DNA of 64,000 nucleotides from Phaeosaccion multiseriatum (taxonomy: Eukaryota; Protista; Ochrophyta, other classes). The position numbers were made by a program, and so were the translations under genes. How positions within the stretch are numbered: the first letter of the stretch is position 1; each line of letters starts with the position of its first letter. The stretch is from positions 310,001 through 374,000 of the forward strand of contig OZ218953.1 in assembly GCA_965112735.1 (NCBI GenBank), given 5' to 3'. Below the pieces are notes generated by a model that ran no database searches, was not told the DNA's origin, and worked only from the letters and a program-made list of their open reading frames with translations. This document shows, one piece after another, positions 59,099 through 64,000 of this stretch.

Positions 59099-60843
59099 GT
59101 GTCAAGTGTGCCTACCACAGGCTGTGAAGGTGTGTCGTGCGTGTGCCTGCCCGGCAATGCACTGTTGAGGCAGAAGCAGAGATAGAGGAGGAGCTCTCCC
59201 CTTGTGTTGCGGCGCTGCCGTGGCGGGGTTGTGGTAGCGCAATTGGTGGTACAGGAGACGGGTAGAGCTAGAGCAAGGACAGGCGCAGGTATCCGTGTAT
59301 AGCCTCACTCTCAATGGTATGTGGCAGAGAAAGAGGCGTTGTACATGCCGGTTGCGAGCGAGATCTCCATCGAACGCCACCTCCCTGGTGACGCCCCTGG
59401 GACAGGCATATGGGTACGCACTTCAACTTGGCATGAAACAGCTGCTGAGCAAAAGCAAAGCATTGGTTGTTGTTGTTGTTGTTGTTGTTTTAAAGAGCGT
59501 GTATTACTTCTTAAGGTCGGGAAGCGAAATAGAAGACTGCATGGGTGGATGAATGTAAAACAAATGTACAGCGCGTTTCAGACAGTTTCCACCCCAGGCC
59601 TTCGAGGGTGCGCACGTGCCCACCACTTGAAGTATTTGGGGCTGGCAAAGAAGCAGAGAGCATGCGCATCACCCACTCCGAGGTACTGGCGGGGGCCGGG
59701 CGGGCAGGGGAGGCTCGAGGCTCACAGACAGGTATGCGAATGGGCCCCAGGGGGGAATGTCCCGGGGGGAGGGGATGATGAGGGAGAGCAGAGGAAGAGC
59801 ATCAGAGCAGGCTCCACTCTGTCTGGCCTTGTCTTGGGCCTTCGTCCTTCGCACGCGCCTTCCGCGGGGGGGGGGGGGTCAAGAAGTGCTGCAGGGAGGG
59901 CGGCACGTCGCCACTTTCGGCGGAGGATCAGCGGTGCATGGCGCAGAGTGCCCCTCAGTCGCATAAACACGTAAGAGAGAGCCGAGGGCCGGGGATGGAG
60001 TGGAGGGTCGAGGGGTGTTCGCGCGAGCCGAAGCGCTGTCTCTCACTGCTTCTACCGTCACGAGCGAGCGAGCCAGGAGCCACGTTCGTCGGTCGCTCCG
60101 GCGCTGAACCAATCAAGCAAGGCGTGCTCAAAGCACCAAGTGGGTCGAGGGATCGAAGATTCGAAGAGGGGTGGTGTTTGTCGCCAAGGCTTCTTCTCTT
60201 CGCCCCTTGCCGGTGAAGGGAGTTCTGGTCCATGAGCTCAGCATCTGGCTGCTGCCAAATTGAGGTTACAACGAGGAGCCCTGCTTGCCGACACTCGACG
60301 CGTGTCTCGCACCATCGACGCTGCTATACCTCGGCTTCGTGTGGAACGATTGGCCGACGGAACGAAGGCGCCGGCGGAGTGGAGACGGGAGGACATGAGG
60401 GGGTGCAGGAGAAGGAGGTAAAGGGGAAGGAGGAGGGGAAGAAGGAAGGGGAGGAGTAGTAGTAGAAGAAGAAGAAGAAGAAGAAGGAGGAGGAGGAGGT
60501 GACGGAGCAGCAGGAGGAAAAGGAGGAGGAGAAGGGGGGAGGAGGAGGGGGGAGGAGAAGAGGGAGCAGTGGTCGGGGGGACATCGCCCCTCACCAACGC
60601 TATCCACGGAGTTGGTCGCTGACGGTGATACCGCCCCCACCCGCCCTAGCCAGAGCGCCCAGGAGCTGCGCGTCCTTGCTTTGAGAGCAATTCCCGCCCT
60701 GAAGAGGCTGAAGAGACGAGAGCATGTTGAGGCCGGGAGAAGGACAGAGTCGGACCAGACACCAGACGCACGGGGCTCTGACTGAAACCGCGGTTGGACG
60801 AAGCTGGGGTGAGCAAGGCACCGAGGGAGCTGAAACTGAGGGG

Positions 60844-63428
60844 TCAGCGCCGGCCTCTCCTGGAAGAGGGGGCCTCTCCACCGTCTTTGTAGCGCCGCAC
60901 GAGCCCCATGAGATAGCGACTGACAAGCACACCACAACGACATGTGAGAGGGAGAAGGGAGAGGGGGGAGGCGAGGGGGCTACGAGGTTAGAGGGAAAGA
61001 CATGGGGCACACACCGCACGCACGCTGTGAAGAGGTGAAGGATTTCGGATCGGACCTTGGAGAAGCGGAGCGAGAGAAGCAGCAAATGAGCGGACAGGAG
61101 CGTCCTCATCCCCTCCTCCTCCCTCCTCACTCAATCACTCACGCACGCACTGCCTCACTCACCTCCTGTTGCGGATGCGGCCCATATCGCACGCAGCGAA
61201 CTCATCGAGCGCTGCACACGCGTCGTCCTCGGGCAGCCTGGCGAGGATGGTCTTGAGGCGCTCGTCCACATCTGACTCCTCCAACAGGTCCTGTGCTAGC
61301 AGAGCCTGCAGCGTGAAGTGCACCCTCTCCGACATGGGAGGAGCTTGCCCTCCTCCAGAGGCACCCTCGCCAGAGGAGTAGGCCGAGCCCCCCCCTCCCC
61401 CGTCGATCCTCACGACCTGTCTGCGACTGCTCCCCCCCCCGTGCTCCACATCTGGAGACACTCTCCGAAAGTGCTTGGGCGGTCCTCCTCCGTCCCGCTG
61501 ACTGCCGTAGTCATCCCGGTCCCGACCCCGCTTGCTGCCCCCCCCCCCTCCTCCGTACTGCCCCTGCCCCTCGCCCCTCCCTCCTCCTTCACCCCGCTGA
61601 TGGTCGCCGCTGCCGCTGCTGGTGCCTTCGATGCTCTCTCTGAGCAGCTTGGCGTGCTTTCGTATGACCCCCGCGAAGAAGGCAGAGGGGTTGCGAATAT
61701 CGGCCCTGTTCTTGCTGTGGAACTCCTCAATGGCGTGCAGGGCGACCACCTCGGGGTTGCCCAGCAGCGTGGAGATGGCCCGCTCGTCGAGGTCGTCTAC
61801 TTGACAAAAGCCCGACAGATACAGTGCATCGAGGCGGCGCTTCACCTCGTCCGTCAGAGCCTCCATGGGGGTCAGGTCCAGGGGGGTAGTGGCGGTCGAA
61901 TGAGGAGGGGCATGAGGAGGGGCCTGAGGGGGGGGCTGGGGCTGCTGTACCTGTCCCGGCAGTGGCAAGAGCTGTCCACCGACACCATCGGGGGCGTCGT
62001 ATTGACCACCGGGCTGTATCACCAACTGCTGAGGCTGGCTCTGGGGCTGAAACTGAGACTGGGGCTCGCGCTCAGGCTGGGCGGGGCCCACTCCTGCCGC
62101 TGGTGGTGGGGGAGCCAAGTGAGTCAATTGACTTGGGGGAGGAAATGGGTTGGGGCCGGGCACGGAGGAAGAAGGACGCACGGAAGGGGGAGCGAGCCCA
62201 CCGGTATTCGAGCTCATGCCCCCTACGCCTTGCTGCTGCGGAGGGTCCAGAGGATAGCCGCCGGGGGGGGGGTACATGGACGGTGGCGGGAGGCTGAATG
62301 GTTGCGGGGGAGACAACCCCGCTCCTGTCTGCTGCGGACCGCTTGCAGCAGCCGAAGGAGGGCCGCCGCCGTACGCCGGGGGGGGGGCTTGGGCTTGATC
62401 TTGCTGCAGGTGGTAGGGGGTCGGGGGGGCTGCGGGCTGAGCGCCAGCATGGCCAGGAGGTGCGAAGGATGACGGCGGGGGCTGCTGCTGCTGCTGCTGC
62501 TCTTGGGCCTTCCCTCGCACGATGCTCGCAAGAAACGCCCCTCGGCTGGGCACGTTGGTAAAGTCACTAGAATTGAACTCGTTGAGGGCCGCGAGGGCGG
62601 TCTGCTCGGCCAGCCCTGCCAGAATGGCCAGGGTGGCAGGGTCAGCTTCCTGCCTCCGCAGCACGCCCATGCCGAACAGTTGCTCCAGGCGGAGACTCAC
62701 CGCCCGAGACGGGGAGGGGGGGGGGGCATGAGGGCTGTACTGCTGCTGCTGCTGCTGCTGCTGCTGGAAGTGCGGGGCAGAGCCGTCCGCTGGACCTCCG
62801 CTGCCGTACGGCGCCAGCTGGTGCTGCTGGTGCTGCTGCCCCACGCCCCCGCTCTCGTCGTAGTGTTTGAGGATGGGCCTCTCTCCGTCCTTGTACTTGC
62901 GGATGATGGATCTGAGGTAGGCGGGCTTGTTCCGGATGCCCGAGCCCCCGTCCTCCCGGGCGTTTGCATACTCGTCAAGGGCCCCCATAGCCTGTCAACA
63001 CCAACGGAAGGGAGGGAGGGGGGGCAATAGAAGTAGCAGAGACGTGAGACGGGCCACCTTTGTCCCCTCCCCCCCCCCGGAGGCATCCAAAAGTAGCCCT
63101 GCCTTTACCCATCACCACTCACTCCCTCACTTACCTCATCGATGCTCACCTCCTGGAGCAGGCCGACACATCGAATGTCTCCAAGAATGTCGTCGTACCC
63201 CCCTCCGTCCCCGCCAAACACCTCTTCCAATCGCCGCGAGATGAGCGGGGGCAGAGGGTTCTGCCCGAGCTGCTTGACAGTGGGGTGGTAGTCGTTCCTT
63301 CGCCGCCTATTGTTGTTGTCACGGCCTCCTCGGCCTCCAGTCCATCTTTCCTCCCTGCCTCCTCCTCTCTCGTCCCTCCCTCCTCCTCTCTCGCCCCTCC
63401 CTCCTCCTCTCTCGTCCCTGCCCCCCAT
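60844..63428 (-). CDS. Protein with four hnRNP-Q/SYNCRIP acidic (AcD/NURR-like) domains and Pro/Gln/Gly-rich linkers
   Basis: Repeats such as VKRRLDALYLSGFCQVDDLDERAISTL..ALHAIEEFHSKNRADIRNPSAFFAGVIRKH match the hnRNP Q N-terminal domain (LDERAIEAL..VQNKSAFLCGVMK). Three exons; the last gives RNRS|RYLMGLVRRYKDGGEAPSSRRGRR*; N-terminal RGG-like repeats. Confidence 0.8.
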
Positions 63429-63622
63429 CACTGTGCTTCGCGCAGGGCACAAGAGGGCAAGTGTGTTGTTGTGTTAAGGGAGAAACCTCACTTTGGGCCC
63501 ACCTGTTTTTTCTTGTGTCCAAGAGGTGGGCCAATGAACCGAAAGTCGCACTCATCTATCCCGCAAATCGAAAATCGCACTTCCGCCCTTTCCAGCTAAA
63601 TTTTAGAGGAGGGAGGAGGCGA
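63429..63622. promoter_or_regulatory. Probable short bidirectional promoter
   Basis: 194 bp between divergent ATGs; contains CCAAT and a repeated AA(A/G)TCGCACT motif (~63543 and ~63572). Confidence 0.45.
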
Positions 63623-64000
63623 ATGAGCTCACAGGAGAGCTTTGCTGGGCAGGCTCCCGTGGTGGAGGCTACGATTGTGCCTCCAGCGCACAACGAAGAG
63701 GAGTTCTTGCTGACAACTCCCACTCAGAGCACCGACGCTGTGGCGCTGCCCATGGCGGTCGCGGATTCTTCCGGGGACAGCCCCAACCTGCAAACTGCGG
63801 TGAGAATCTTTGGCGGGGAGAGAGACTGCGTGTCTGCGTATCGCCTGAGATCCTTAGCGGAGAGAGAGGGGCTCCTTCTCTTTGTCGGTCGCACACTCTA
63901 CCTCTCGAAATGAAGGTTGAATAGGACTCTCAGCTTGCCTTACAGAGTGCCCCCCTTCCCCTCGTGTGCTTGCTTTGCTTCTCTACCAGGCCGGAGGCAC
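63623..64000 (+). CDS. 5' exon(s) of an unidentified gene (partial)
   Basis: ATG 63623, MSSQESFAGQAPVVEATIV..PNLQTA, then donor GTGAGA at ~63800 and a polypyrimidine/CAG acceptor at ~63989. Confidence 0.55.

Overview
Eukaryotic, GC-rich, intron-rich nuclear DNA with GT-AG introns full of microsatellites. It is probably from a stramenopile microalga, but that is an inference from style only. Most ORF-track entries are exon fragments or antisense noise, so gene models were spliced by eye. Left to right: a partial ORF and a small inverted-repeat element; a GPR107/GOST-family 7TM gene (+); a two-exon mitochondrial ATP synthase subunit f-like gene (-) head-to-head with a ~21 kb VPS13 gene (+); a C2 + charged-repeat + perilipin/REF-like gene (+); and a TIR-bounded non-autonomous element. 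Next comes a ~9.6 kb segment present twice in direct orientation (offset ~11.9-12.0 kb, unique ~2.3 kb spacer). Each copy carries an 18-exon minus-strand gene of ~1,350 aa: SAM-like N-terminus, a MACPF-type pore-forming domain matching the N-terminal region of animal GVIN1/VLIG, a helical region, and a beta-trefoil/MIR-like C-terminus in place of the GTPase. The two paralogues are near-identical in some exons and introns but differ sharply in a few coding patches, and copy 1 has a 1-nt frameshift. This candidate algal innate-immunity or cell-death locus is the main finding. After it come a fungal-type (HX5D) glycerol-3-phosphate acyltransferase (+), an 8-bp satellite, a gene with four hnRNP-Q acidic domains and no RRM (-), and the start of a divergent gene. 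Family assignments come from remembered motifs; no searches were run.
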